Below are positions 9,132 to 18,790 of a stretch of 64,000 nucleotides of DNA, piece by piece. The number at the start of each line of letters is the position of its first letter. Position 1 is the stretch's first letter. The stretch lies in NCBI GenBank assembly GCA_903833275.1, contig CAILEP010000015.1:22490-86489 (forward strand), in the 5' to 3' direction. The notes under the pieces are model-generated. The model made no database searches and had not been told where the DNA came from. It was given only the letters and a program-made list of their open reading frames with translations. The DNA comes from an uncultured Bdellovibrionales bacterium. Lineage in GTDB: Bacteria > Bdellovibrionota > Bdellovibrionia > Bdellovibrionales > UBA1609. Position numbers and translations under genes: made by a program.

Positions 9132-9860
9132 TTGAGATACTCTCTAGGCGAGATTGAAATGCTCTCGGCTCGAGATCGAAAGAAGGCCTTTATGTATAAA
9201 GCTTTTGGCCCGCAAAGAAATCAGGCGCCCATGGTGCCGACCATTATCACTTTAAATGTCGTTATTTATTTGCTTTGGCTTTTTACTGCCAGCGAAACCG
9301 CAGAGGCCAATTTCATGACCAACAATTTTCTTGTCAGCTGGTCGGCGCTGACCGAAGGGCGTGTCTGGGTGCTTTTGACTGCCGCCTTTTCGCACAATTG
9401 GCTTTGGCACTTGCTACTTAATATGTTTGTTCTCAGCAGCTTTGGCCCCATCGTTGAAATGACCCTCGGCTCGAAACGCTTTTTGCGGTTTTACATTGCG
9501 GCCAGTTTAGTGAGCTCGCTTGGGCACGCCGCAGTATCTGCGTGGTTACTCGGTCAGCCTGAAATGCCTGCTCTCGGGGCGTCGGGCGCAATCTCAGGGG
9601 TCATCTTACTTTTCTCGATGCTTTACCCACGCGAGAAGATTTTAATATTTGGACTAATACCACTGCCCGCCCTTTGGGGCGCCCTTGCCTTTGTGGGCCT
9701 CGACATTTGGGGCCTGGCAAAGCAAGCGGAGGGCGGAGGCCTGCCTATCGGCCACGGAGCCCACCTCGGTGGCGCCCTCGCTGGGGTCCTTTATTACGTC
9801 TATCTACGCAGTGAGCGCAACACCCGCAAACCAAGCCAAGAGGCGAACTCTTTCGAATAG
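9132..9860 (+). CDS. rhomboid-family intramembrane serine protease
   Basis: Multiple TM segments. Catalytic GASGAISGV and HGAHLGGALAG motifs. The start is a TTG; an alternative ATG lies at 9159. Confidence 0.85.
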   Translation: MRYSLGEIEMLSARDRKKAFMYKAFGPQRNQAPMVPTIITLNVVIYLLWLFTASETAEANFMTNNFLVSWSALTEGRVWVLLTAAFSHNWLWHLLLNMFVLSSFGPIVEMTLGSKRFLRFYIAASLVSSLGHAAVSAWLLGQPEMPALGASGAISGVILLFSMLYPREKILIFGLIPLPALWGALAFVGLDIWGLAKQAEGGGLPIGHGAHLGGALAGVLYYVYLRSERNTRKPSQEANSFE

Positions 9861-9949
9861 ACCGCCCCCGCCTGCCTCATTTTGAAACGCTGCTAATTCG
9901 CTTTTGATTCGCACTTAACAAAACCCCGACTAAAGCCGAGAAGTTGGGT

Positions 9950-10684
9950 ATGAAAAAGCGCAATGCTCCCGAGCCAATTGCACCAATTGAGGTCTGCTAC
10001 CTCGACCTCACCAAAGCCTCAGCGGCCATCACAATGCTTTGGCCCTTGCTCTCGGTAACTGAAAAAGAAAAAGCCCTCGCCTATAGATTCGCCAATGATC
10101 GCAATCGCTTTATTTTAGGCCGCGGAGCCATTCGCCGCTGGGTGGGCCAACGACTCAACATCAAGGCTGAAGATTTGCGAATCGTTGAGAATGAATACGG
10201 CAAACCAATGGTGAGCCCCGAGATGAATTTCGCCAAAATTGATTTCAATATTTCACACTCGGGCGACCTTATTGCTCTGGCACTTGGCACTGACCGCCCT
10301 ATCGGCATCGACATCGAACAAATTCGGCCCCTTGAAGAAAGTGACCAACTGACCCAGCAGAGTTTTGATGCCAACGAAAAGCAGCTTTATTTTTCTGCTA
10401 ACCGAAACACAAGAAGTCGTCTTTTTTTAAACACTTTCTCGCAAAAAGAGGCGTGCCTTAAACAAATCGGGGTCGGCCTCTCATTGCCGATGTCTCAGGT
10501 GCACACCGCTTGCCTCGCGATCACGCGCAGCAGAGTGACCGTTGACCTCGCTCCTTTAGGCAAACACGTTACCCTCGAAATTCACCCCTTAGCTTTGCCG
10601 ACAAATTACGTCGGCGCATTGGCCACTGCAAATAGCGAGATATCAATACGCTATGTCGCGCCTCAATTTCTAATAGCCGGGTAA
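9950..10684 (+). CDS. Sfp-type 4'-phosphopantetheinyl transferase
   Basis: GKPMV...FNISHSGDLIALAL, IGIDIE and FSQKEACLKQIG motifs. Confidence 0.8.
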   Translation: MKKRNAPEPIAPIEVCYLDLTKASAAITMLWPLLSVTEKEKALAYRFANDRNRFILGRGAIRRWVGQRLNIKAEDLRIVENEYGKPMVSPEMNFAKIDFNISHSGDLIALALGTDRPIGIDIEQIRPLEESDQLTQQSFDANEKQLYFSANRNTRSRLFLNTFSQKEACLKQIGVGLSLPMSQVHTACLAITRSRVTVDLAPLGKHVTLEIHPLALPTNYVGALATANSEISIRYVAPQFLIAG

Positions 10685-10705
10685 AGTCTCTCAATGCGTC
10701 CCACT

Positions 10706-11296
10706 TCATACCCCGGCCTCGATTGCCATAATCCAGTTGATATAGTTGCGGCCAAGGCGAATCTGATTTCGATATTTGCTGAAGGCGCTTCTATTATGTT
10801 CGCGGTCTCTCATCCAGCGCTTGAGTACACGTAATTTTTCTTCAACATCAAGGTAACGCCCACGAAGTGCATCAATTACGGTTTTCTCGCGGTCAGTAAT
10901 TTGAATTAACCCCCATTTGGTCTTAATTTTAGTAAGGCCCGTTTGATAATTCTTTTTTATTTGTCGCATAGTTTCGACGTCGGGGCGGTTGATCGGCGGG
11001 TATCCTTCGGGTACTAGCACCCATACCTTGTTGCCAATTGCGTTTGTATATCCGTAGTGAATAAGAGCTGTGATCCCGGACATTGCACAAGGCTGAGGTA
11101 TAAGCGCAATAACTTGTTCAGGGGCCGATGACATCGTTTCAAGACCGTAGTAGCCGCGACTGAGGCGATAAATCTTACGTGCGTCGCACCATCGCTTCAA
11201 CTCGACTGGTGATATGCCCATTTTTTTGGCTTGCACGGCCGAGACATGTGGGTGACTCTTTAGGTAAGACAATAGGTAGCCCAGCTTTGTTTTCAT
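10706..11296 (-). CDS. AbiEi-family (type IV TA antitoxin-like) transcriptional regulator, with no adjacent AbiEii
   Basis: N-terminal wHTH-like LLSYLKSHPHVSAVQAKKMGISPVELKRWCDARKIYRLSRGYYGL. Then CAMSGITALIHYGYTN...VWVLVP and DREKTVIDALR, matching the AbiEi pattern. Confidence 0.6.
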   Translation of the reverse strand: MKTKLGYLLSYLKSHPHVSAVQAKKMGISPVELKRWCDARKIYRLSRGYYGLETMSSAPEQVIALIPQPCAMSGITALIHYGYTNAIGNKVWVLVPEGYPPINRPDVETMRQIKKNYQTGLTKIKTKWGLIQITDREKTVIDALRGRYLDVEEKLRVLKRWMRDREHNRSAFSKYRNQIRLGRNYINWIMAIEAGV

Positions 11297-11441
11297 TTCT
11301 CATGTAGTATATTAAAGTATCATATAAAGATCAATAAAGATGTTTTAATATACATCGCGTAAATAATTTCCCAATCGTTACATATACTTGAAAATTGAAA
11401 TTCTTCAGCAGGCGCTCTTGTTGCCTCGTTTTGAGAACCAT

Positions 11442-11489
11442 GTGCTCATAATAGATGTAATTATGAGCACTCAGAGCTCATAATTACAT
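11442..11489. promoter_or_regulatory. interlocked palindromes (three GCTCATAAT half-sites)
   Basis: GTGCTCATAAT-agatgta-ATTATGAGCAC overlaps ATGTAATTATGAGC-actcaga-GCTCATAATTACAT. The site lies in the AT-rich divergent intergenic region between the AbiEi-like gene and the phosphoesterase gene. Confidence 0.35.
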
Positions 11490-11571
11490 TTAGACGTTCG
11501 TCGAGTTCTTACTTCATTAGCTCGCGCTAACTTGTCGCGCCCCACAGATTGGCTAACCTGATTAAACTCAG

Positions 11572-12873
11572 ATGAGGGGGCAAAAGATCATGCCGAATCG
11601 ACGTCTCGCGACCTGCACGCTTCGCACTTCAATTTTTCTGATTCTAATTTCGACACTTGCGACAGCCTCAGCAGTGGCGACCGCCTCGGGCCTGGCGACT
11701 GCCGCGACGCTCGCAACTGCCGCGGCTCGCGCTGCCGCACCAGTCGCCGACGGGGCGTCGGCCAAAGGCGCTGTACCGACAGCCGGCGCGTCGGCCCCAG
11801 ACACGACACCCGAATTTCTGGCGCCACCCTACCTCTTCACCCAGGCCGGCGAAAAAATAAAAATATCTTGGAGCTACGAACCCACTCAAAGACCAATCGA
11901 GCCAGTCTCCGCTATTCTCAACCAGCGTTGGGGCCGGCAAAAATTAAATGTGACCCAAGAAAATGAACTCTACACCGCCGAGCTGCCCATCGCCACCTGC
12001 GGCTTTGACGAAAACCTCACCTACCAAGTGACTGGCATGATGGCGGCTGAAAAAATAAATGCAATCCCGTGCCCGGATGACGATATGTCAGAAGTAAAAT
12101 TCGTTTTTCTCGCCGACACCCAAGCGAACACAAAAGACGGCACGAAGCCGGTGCGCGAATTCGCCGAGCGAGCCGCGCGATTTGGAGCACAAGCTGTGGT
12201 GATTGGCGGCGATTTGGTACAGACCGGCGCTAAATTCAATCTCTGGACTCAATTCTTTCGGGCTATGCAACCGGCCCTTAAACAAACAATGCTTGTGCCG
12301 GTAATGGGCAACCACGAATACCACGGTGATTCGTTCGTGCCCAATTGGGCGCACTTTTTTAAAGTTGAAGCGTCTGAGGCCAGCTACACGACCTATCTCG
12401 GCGAAGTTCAAATTATTGCACTCAATTCGAGCTTCACTGACGACCCCTCGCTCGTTTTGCCGCAAAAGTTATGGCTCGAAAGTCAGCTGATGCTCACACA
12501 ACCTCGCTGGCGCATTGTTGTTTTTCACCACCCGCCCTTTAGTATCGGCCTTGCCAACAGCCCGCTCTACCCGAAAAAAGAATTTAAGACTCTGCAGCAA
12601 GAGTACGTCCCACTTTTTGAAAAATACCATGTCGACCTTGTGCTTAACGGCCACGTACATCTCTTTGAACGCTCAGAAAAAGAACACGTTCAGTATCTTA
12701 TTACGGGGCCGGCGGGTGGCAAAATAGGAGCCTACGGCGGCACCAACCCGCACTCGATCAAAGCCGCACGCATTCGAACCATGATTGAACTCACGGCCTC
12801 ACACAATCAGCTAACCGCTTCGACAATTGACCTTCAGGGCCATGTGGTCGACGAGCTCAAACTCAAAAAATAG
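11572..12873 (+). CDS. exported calcineurin-like metallophosphoesterase (purple-acid-phosphatase-like)
   Basis: Signal peptide, then an Ala-rich linker. Motifs FLADTQ, GGDLVQ, GNHEY, FHHPP and GHVHLFER. Confidence 0.8.
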   Translation: MRGQKIMPNRRLATCTLRTSIFLILISTLATASAVATASGLATAATLATAAARAAAPVADGASAKGAVPTAGASAPDTTPEFLAPPYLFTQAGEKIKISWSYEPTQRPIEPVSAILNQRWGRQKLNVTQENELYTAELPIATCGFDENLTYQVTGMMAAEKINAIPCPDDDMSEVKFVFLADTQANTKDGTKPVREFAERAARFGAQAVVIGGDLVQTGAKFNLWTQFFRAMQPALKQTMLVPVMGNHEYHGDSFVPNWAHFFKVEASEASYTTYLGEVQIIALNSSFTDDPSLVLPQKLWLESQLMLTQPRWRIVVFHHPPFSIGLANSPLYPKKEFKTLQQEYVPLFEKYHVDLVLNGHVHLFERSEKEHVQYLITGPAGGKIGAYGGTNPHSIKAARIRTMIELTASHNQLTASTIDLQGHVVDELKLKK

Positions 12874-13018
12874 ACGAGGCCCTAATAACCAATCCAAAAG
12901 CCAAGATGACCGGCTCGTAACGCGGCTATTTTTTTTGAGCTTTTTGTTTTTTTTGAGCTTTTTGAGCTTTGCGCCTTATCGCGCTTGACCGGCGCCGCCG
13001 CTCATCTTAAAAAATGCC

Positions 13019-15865
13019 ATGGCTGATGAGACGAATAAAACACCCGATGCGAAACCCACGACCAAAGAACCGAAACCCGAATCTCGTTATAAAGATACGG
13101 TTATTTTGCCCAAAACTGACTTTCCGATGAAGGGCAATCTGCCCCAGACCGAACCGCTCACCATCGAAAAATGGAAGGCCTCGGGTCTTTACGAAAAAAT
13201 CATCGCCAAAAATAGCAAAGGCAAAGCTTTCGTCATGCCAGATGGGCCGCCTTATGCGAACGGCAATATCCATATCGGCCACGTGCTCAATAAAGTTTTA
13301 AAAGACATCGTGATTAAATTTCGCAATATGCAGGGTTATCGCGCCGATTTTATCCCGGGTTGGGATTGTCACGGACTGCCAATCGAACTCAAAGTGACTT
13401 CAACTTTGGGCGACAAGAAAAATCAAATGTCGAAAAAAGAGATTCGCAATTTATGCCGCGACGAAGCCACCAAATGGATTGGCAAACAGCGCGATCAATT
13501 TGTACGCCTCGGAGTTCTCGCCGATTGGCCGAACCCCTATCTCACAATGCACCCGCAATATGAAGCCAATGAAATTCGAGTTTTTTCTCGCATCTTTCGC
13601 AATGGCGTTTTGTTTCGCGGCAACAAACCAGTTTACTGGTGCCCCGCTTTACAAACAGCTTTGGCTGCAGCCGAAGTCGAATACCACGATCACAAATCGC
13701 TCTCTGTTTACGTTAAGTTTTATGTCGAAAATCTAACCGGGGCGCTTAATTATTTAAATTCGCAGAAGAAGCCCGTGGCCATTGTGATCTGGACGACAAC
13801 GCCCTGGACACTCCCCGCCAATTTCGGTATCGCGCTGAACGCAAAATTCGAATACGGCGCCTACGACACTGGTAAAGAAATTTTGATCGTCGCCAAAGAC
13901 CTCGCTGAAAATGTCGGTAATGAGATTTCGGCCGCATCGGGCACTGAGTTGAAGCTTGATAAAACCGTTGCGACCTATTTAGGCTCTGAACTTGAACGGC
14001 TGAATGCTCGGCACCCCTTTATGAATCGCGATTCGCTAATTGTTTTAGGTGACCATGTTAGTCTTGAAGCGGGTACCGGAGCGGTGCACACGGCCCCTGG
14101 CCACGGTCTTGAAGATTATCATACGGGTCTTGAATATGGCCTGCCGGTTTTTTCACCTGTCGACCCGGCTGGTAAATACACCGCCGATGTACCGCAATAC
14201 GAAGGCCAGAGTATTTGGAAGGCCAACCCGGTTATCGTCGAAGATCTTCGTAAGTCAGGCCATTTGTTGGCGATGAAAGAGATTGTGCACTCGTACCCGC
14301 ACAACCCGAGATCAAAAACTCCGCTTATTTTTCGCGCCACTCCGCAGTGGTTCGTGCGAATGGACGACGAATTTGGATTACGCAAAAAAACTTTGCAGGC
14401 GATCGAACGTGACATTCAGTACTTTCCGAAATGGGGGCAGGCGCGCTTGCAGGCGATGGTTAGTAATACCCCGGATTGGTGTTTAAGTCGTCAACGCACC
14501 TGGGGCGTGCCGATACCGGTATTTTATTGCTCGAGCTGCGAAGAGCCACTCGCTAAGCCTGAAGTAATGGACCGTGTCGCTGAACAGATGGAGAAAGTCG
14601 GGCCGAACGGAGCCCCCGGCATCGAAGCTTATTTCGATCTGCCAGTTGAGACCTTCACGCAGAATGAAAAATGCGAAAAATGCGGCGGTAAAAATTTTAC
14701 CCGAAGTGAAGACATATTAGATGTTTGGTTTGACTCTGGGGTTTGCCATACCGCCGTCCAACGCGCGCGCTTGAAAAACGAAATCGCCGATATTTATCTT
14801 GAAGGCTCTGACCAACATCGCGGCTGGTTTCAAACAAGTTTAATTTCGTCAATCGCGGCTTACGAACATCCGCCGTTTAAAGCCTTAATCACGCACGGCT
14901 TCGTCAACGATGCTCAAGGCCACAAGATGAGCAAAAGCAAGGGCAACGTAATCGACCCGGCCGAGGTTATTAAAAAATACGGCGCCGAAGTTTTACGCCT
15001 TTGGGTGGCACACGAAGATTACGGTGATGACGTCACGGTCAGTGACGAAATGTTTCAGCGCGTGGCCGAGACCTATCGTCGCATTCGCAATACCATGAGA
15101 TTTTTGCTGGCGAATCTTGGCGACTTTGACCCCGAAAAAGACCGCGTTGATTTTAAAAATATGCCGTCACTCGATCGCTGGGCTCTCGTTCGACTCAACA
15201 ACGTGATTGCAGCCACCACGACCGCTTACGAAGAATACGATTTCTTCAAAGTTTATCACGCCCTTAATCAGTTTTTCACAACTGAACTTTCGGCGACCTA
15301 TCTCGATATTTTGAAAGACCGCCTCTACACCGGCAAACAAAACGGCAATGCTCGGCGCTCATCGCAAACCGTGTTTTTTGAACTCGTGCGCGTGCTCAAC
15401 GGCTTGATGGCCCCCATTTTGTCGTTCTTAAGTGAAGAAGTACAACAACACATGCCAGGCAAAAATAAAGCCGAAAGCGTGTTCTTGACGGCCTTTCCGA
15501 AAGCGAATGCGCAATGGGCTGACTCTGAGCTTGTTCAGCAGTTCGGTGCCTTGACCGAAATTCGCAACGAGTTAGCTAAAAACCTAGAAGAGCTGCGTCG
15601 CCAAAAAATCATCGGCTCGAGTCTCGACGCCGATGCCTTTATCACGGCCAAAGGTGCCAACTTTGCTACCCTTCAGGCCATGAAAGAGCATTTGCGCGAG
15701 TTTTTTATCGTCTCGTCTGTGAAGGTAACCGAAGGCGAGCCCAAAATCGAAGTGCGCCGGGCCGAGGGCGAGAAATGCGAACGCTGCTGGCACCATAGCC
15801 TTCAAATCGGGGCTGACTCACGCTTTCCGGGTGTTTGCCCTAAGTGCGTGAGTGCGCTAAGCTAA
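13019..15865 (+). CDS. ileS: isoleucine--tRNA ligase
   Basis: PPYANGNIHIGHV (HIGH), KMSKSKGN (KMSKS), and a C-terminal CERCWHH...CPKC zinc motif. 948 aa. Confidence 0.97.
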   Translation: MADETNKTPDAKPTTKEPKPESRYKDTVILPKTDFPMKGNLPQTEPLTIEKWKASGLYEKIIAKNSKGKAFVMPDGPPYANGNIHIGHVLNKVLKDIVIKFRNMQGYRADFIPGWDCHGLPIELKVTSTLGDKKNQMSKKEIRNLCRDEATKWIGKQRDQFVRLGVLADWPNPYLTMHPQYEANEIRVFSRIFRNGVLFRGNKPVYWCPALQTALAAAEVEYHDHKSLSVYVKFYVENLTGALNYLNSQKKPVAIVIWTTTPWTLPANFGIALNAKFEYGAYDTGKEILIVAKDLAENVGNEISAASGTELKLDKTVATYLGSELERLNARHPFMNRDSLIVLGDHVSLEAGTGAVHTAPGHGLEDYHTGLEYGLPVFSPVDPAGKYTADVPQYEGQSIWKANPVIVEDLRKSGHLLAMKEIVHSYPHNPRSKTPLIFRATPQWFVRMDDEFGLRKKTLQAIERDIQYFPKWGQARLQAMVSNTPDWCLSRQRTWGVPIPVFYCSSCEEPLAKPEVMDRVAEQMEKVGPNGAPGIEAYFDLPVETFTQNEKCEKCGGKNFTRSEDILDVWFDSGVCHTAVQRARLKNEIADIYLEGSDQHRGWFQTSLISSIAAYEHPPFKALITHGFVNDAQGHKMSKSKGNVIDPAEVIKKYGAEVLRLWVAHEDYGDDVTVSDEMFQRVAETYRRIRNTMRFLLANLGDFDPEKDRVDFKNMPSLDRWALVRLNNVIAATTTAYEEYDFFKVYHALNQFFTTELSATYLDILKDRLYTGKQNGNARRSSQTVFFELVRVLNGLMAPILSFLSEEVQQHMPGKNKAESVFLTAFPKANAQWADSELVQQFGALTEIRNELAKNLEELRRQKIIGSSLDADAFITAKGANFATLQAMKEHLREFFIVSSVKVTEGEPKIEVRRAEGEKCERCWHHSLQIGADSRFPGVCPKCVSALS

Positions 15866-15871
15866 TCCCAT

Positions 15872-16390
15872 ATGATTATTGGCAAAAAATATATGATCTT
15901 GATCGCCGTCACCTTTACTTTGGTGGCGCTTGATCAGTTTACCAAAATGGCGATCCACTCTCGTTTCGAATTAGGTGAACAGATTAAGTTGATCGAAGGC
16001 TTTTTCAATTTAACGTACGTACGAAATCAAGGCGCCGCGTTCGGCATTCTCAACCAAGCGCAGCCGACGTTTCGCGAAATATTTTTTCTTTCAATCCCGC
16101 CCATCGCGGTTTTTATTATCGTGCTCTTTCTTTATAATTTGCCCGAAAGCGAAAAATTAGAAACTTATGCGCTTTCGTTAATCAGCGGCGGCGCCATCGG
16201 AAATTATATTGATCGCCTGCGCTTCGGTTACGTTATCGACTTTCTCGATTTTCATTTAAAAGATTTTTATTCGTGGCCCGTCTTTAATATTGCTGATTCG
16301 GCCATTGTGGTCGGCGTCGGGATTTTATCTCTACTGATGTTTATCAAGAAAAAGAAGACAGATGTGGCCGTTAATTCACCTGTCAATTGA
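15872..16390 (+). CDS. lspA: lipoprotein signal peptidase II
   Basis: VRNQGAAFG and FNIADSAIVVG motifs, four TM segments, and the conserved position after ileS. Confidence 0.9.
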   Translation: MIIGKKYMILIAVTFTLVALDQFTKMAIHSRFELGEQIKLIEGFFNLTYVRNQGAAFGILNQAQPTFREIFFLSIPPIAVFIIVLFLYNLPESEKLETYALSLISGGAIGNYIDRLRFGYVIDFLDFHLKDFYSWPVFNIADSAIVVGVGILSLLMFIKKKKTDVAVNSPVN

Positions 16391-17207
16391 ATCGCCCAGG
16401 TTCTTGGCGTTCGATTTCGCGTTACCAACTTATCTCGTCACCATCAGCCTCACCTACTGTCTCTGCATCGGCTTCGCTTACATTCGCGCAGTAAAACTCG
16501 ATCGACCCGTAACCATGGCACTCGATATTTGTTTAGCCATCATGGTTGGCGGCTTTTTTGGCGCGCGCCTTTTGCATGTTTTTTATGAAGACCCCTCCTA
16601 CTATTTTTCTAACCCCCTCGAGATCTTCAAGGTCTGGAGGGGCGGCTTTGTTTTTTACGGCGGCCTTTTTGGCGCCTGGCTTGCCTCGTGGATATTAATT
16701 CGTAAACGCGGAGAACTATTCGGCCCCTGGGCTGATTTTTTTGCCCCCGTACTTTCTGTTGGCTACGCCCTGGGCCGTATCGCTTGTTTTCTAAACGGCT
16801 GCTGCTACGGAAAGTTTTGTGAATACCCCTGGGCCGTTGATTTTCATCGCCCCGGGATGCCAATCGGCCCCCGCCACCCAACGCAACTCTATGCCTCGGG
16901 GTTCGAATTTCTGGTCTTTGCTCTGCTTTTATTTCTCGAACCAAAATACCGGCGTCTTTCGGCCCAAGGCTCGAAGTGGGCCCGGCCAGCGCACTTCTTC
17001 ACTCTATGGCTCGCGCTACATTCAATCGGCCGCCTTATCATGGAGCACTTTCGCGACGACGACCGCGGCCCTCTAATCGCCGGCCTAAGCCTCGCAACCT
17101 GGATTAGTCTGTTACTACCCGGCCTGTTTTTTGGTGGACGATGCGTTATCGAGCGGATGCAGCCAATAACGCGGCGTCCACCAAAAAACAGGCCGGGTGG
17201 TTCTTAG
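16362..17207 (+). CDS. lgt: prolipoprotein diacylglyceryl transferase
   Basis: FYGGLFGAWLA, GRIACFLNGCCYG and HPTQLY motifs. The 5' end overlaps lspA. The last ~30 codons are encoded by hairpin repeat copy 1. Confidence 0.85.
   Translation: MWPLIHLSIESPRFLAFDFALPTYLVTISLTYCLCIGFAYIRAVKLDRPVTMALDICLAIMVGGFFGARLLHVFYEDPSYYFSNPLEIFKVWRGGFVFYGGLFGAWLASWILIRKRGELFGPWADFFAPVLSVGYALGRIACFLNGCCYGKFCEYPWAVDFHRPGMPIGPRHPTQLYASGFEFLVFALLLFLEPKYRRLSAQGSKWARPAHFFTLWLALHSIGRLIMEHFRDDDRGPLIAGLSLATWISLLLPGLFFGGRCVIERMQPITRRPPKNRPGGS
17116..17202. repeat. 87-bp hairpin (REP/MITE-like) repeat, copy 1
   Basis: 23-bp perfect stem CCCGGCCTGTTTTTTGGTGGACG / CGTCCACCAAAAAACAGGCCGGG (17118-17140 / 17175-17197). 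A second copy lies at 18791-18877. Confidence 0.75.
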
Positions 17208-17593
17208 AAACACAAAAGATTTGCGATTTGTGTCGAACCGGCGATCGTCACTTTCGATAATGACAAGAACATGCGACCGGCGAGGCCACCGGCAGTGACG
17301 ACGGCTGAATAACCACCGTCTCTGACCTGTGGCTCAGAGCAAGTTAGCAAAACGTAAGTGCGATCACAGCACGGCGGAGCTTTCTGTTTAGACGCTACAC
17401 ACTGAAGAGTGGCGAGCTGTTGTACTCCAGCGATCGTGACCTCGTCGACACTGGCGCGACCACCATCAGTCGAAATCGACACTTGATAACCATTGTCTGG
17501 CCCAGCGTCCACTTCTTTGCAGCGCAATGCCGACGCATTTGCCACCGAACCAATCCCAACCATGACCAGAAATAATAAACTGAGAGTTTTCAC
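17204..17593 (-). CDS. small exported Cys-rich protein with an internal duplication
   Basis: GTG start preceded by AAGGAGG. Signal peptide MKTLSLLFLVMVGIGSVANA. Duplicated VTIAG(V/S)xQ(L/I)AxLxC motif. Confidence 0.55.
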   Translation of the reverse strand: MKTLSLLFLVMVGIGSVANASALRCKEVDAGPDNGYQVSISTDGGRASVDEVTIAGVQQLATLQCVASKQKAPPCCDRTYVLLTCSEPQVRDGGYSAVVTAGGLAGRMFLSLSKVTIAGSTQIANLLCF

Positions 17594-17722
17594 AAAAGCC
17601 TCCTTAAAAAGTTAGGCCTTTTTAGCATTAGGCGACTGAGCACTCAAAGTTCGGCGGCTTTATGTATCGGATTGAAAACAATATAGCGAAAAGTAATGGC
17701 GTTACTTTTCGTAATTACCTTG

Positions 17723-18592
17723 TTACTTCTTGGCACCCATATCAAACGCAGATTCGGCCTGCTCGGCAAGAATATTCGATAAGCCCTCAGAATGGGCGTC
17801 GCCAACGATAACCAGAAGGGTCTTTTGCTCGGGGAAGTTACAGAGAACCTGAATGATATTAGAGGCGAACCGACGATTTCTCGCCGATATAAGTGGCATA
17901 TCGGAGCCCTCGACATTGCTGGCCGTGGCCTTAGAGCTCCACCCCTCAATGGCCCCGTATTCAATGCCGATATTGATCGCCGAATTTGAATTAAACATCG
18001 TGCCCTGCCATTCTTTCAGCATAACAAGATGAGAATCGGCGCCATCCAAGTTTTTGCGAATTTTAGCGACGGCCTGAGTGATTGAATCTTGGCTGGGCCC
18101 TTTGGGCGACGGAGCACCGGCGACCATGTTGCCGACGAGAACTCCGTTATAAGAAACTGTCCCATCAGGGCGATAGAAAAAGCCGATGTTACGAGCGTCG
18201 TGAATGGTCGACCCATGAAACCCAACAAGCGGTGCTACCACCTGCAAAGCTTTTGTCGCCGGCACAAGAACCGATGCGATCAGAGGGTTGATATCCGCAG
18301 CCGTCGCCCCTTCGAGCCCGCGCAACTGAAATTCGCTAAGTACTTTTTCGCCAAGCCTTGCGCTATTGCGAGTTTTAAAATGAGTTTCGCCGAAAACGAC
18401 TACGGTTTGAGGAGTATGACAAACATTCAGATCAACAAAATGAACCCAAAACTTACCATTCGCAGCCGCCTCAACAAGAACGCGCTCTTGTCGCGCCGAA
18501 AGCTCGTAGGCCTGAGCCGAATTGAGGCCACAGAGCGATGCCGCGGCCAAACTTACGAAACAAAAAGTCGAGAGCAATTTTGTATTTTTCAT
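17723..18592 (-). CDS. exported hypothetical protein (weak TraB/GumN-like resemblance); N-terminus ambiguous
   Basis: Signal peptide MKNTKLLSTFCFVSLAAASLCGLNSAQA. The VVFGETH...LLVIVGDAH pattern weakly recalls TraB/GumN-type proteins. In-frame ATGs continue upstream through the tandem repeat. Confidence 0.55.
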   Translation of the reverse strand: MKNTKLLSTFCFVSLAAASLCGLNSAQAYELSARQERVLVEAAANGKFWVHFVDLNVCHTPQTVVVFGETHFKTRNSARLGEKVLSEFQLRGLEGATAADINPLIASVLVPATKALQVVAPLVGFHGSTIHDARNIGFFYRPDGTVSYNGVLVGNMVAGAPSPKGPSQDSITQAVAKIRKNLDGADSHLVMLKEWQGTMFNSNSAINIGIEYGAIEGWSSKATASNVEGSDMPLISARNRRFASNIIQVLCNFPEQKTLLVIVGDAHSEGLSNILAEQAESAFDMGAKK

Positions 18593-18660
18593 AGATAGAC
18601 TCATAGATAAAATCATAGATAAACTCATAGATAAACTCATAGATAAACTCATAGATAAAC
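18589..18660. repeat. six tandem copies of a 12-bp unit (TCATAGATAAAC on the plus strand)
   Basis: Direct reading gives units at 18589, 18601, 18613, 18625, 18637 and 18649. The last four are identical and the first two differ by 1 nt each. Each unit carries an ATG on the minus strand in the CDS frame. Confidence 0.9.
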
Positions 18661-18663
18661 AGA

Positions 18664-18681
18664 TGAGCAATTTGCATGCCG
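18664..18681 (-). promoter_or_regulatory. sigma-54 (-24/-12) promoter
   Basis: Minus strand reads CGGCATGcaaaTTGCT against consensus TGGCACG-N4-TTGCW. The GG-to-GC spacing is exact. The predicted start lies inside the 12-bp array. Confidence 0.55.
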
Positions 18682-18790
18682 CAGCCTACTCGCCATTAGC
18701 GCCGTACGACTCGAGCCACGTGGATACTTTTCACAAAGCGGCGCTGATCGGTGTAACTGTTGCCCGACCCACTGCCATAGCGGCCGAAGC

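Noticed and set aside
11568-11940. Four overlapping ORFs on both strands across the Ala-rich 5' part of the phosphoesterase gene
   Set aside because: An artefact of a GC-rich GCN-repeat region that is open in several frames. Only the plus-strand frame continues into a recognisable enzyme.
12931-12970. T-rich direct repeats (TTTTGAGCTTT, three copies) upstream of ileS, considered as a T-box or attenuator
   Set aside because: No specifier loop, T-box sequence or terminator/antiterminator pairing is visible. More likely a T-rich spacer or UP-like promoter region.
18589-18660. Tandem array considered as a CRISPR-like array
   Set aside because: 12-bp units are directly abutting, with no spacers and no cas genes. 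It is a simple tandem repeat.
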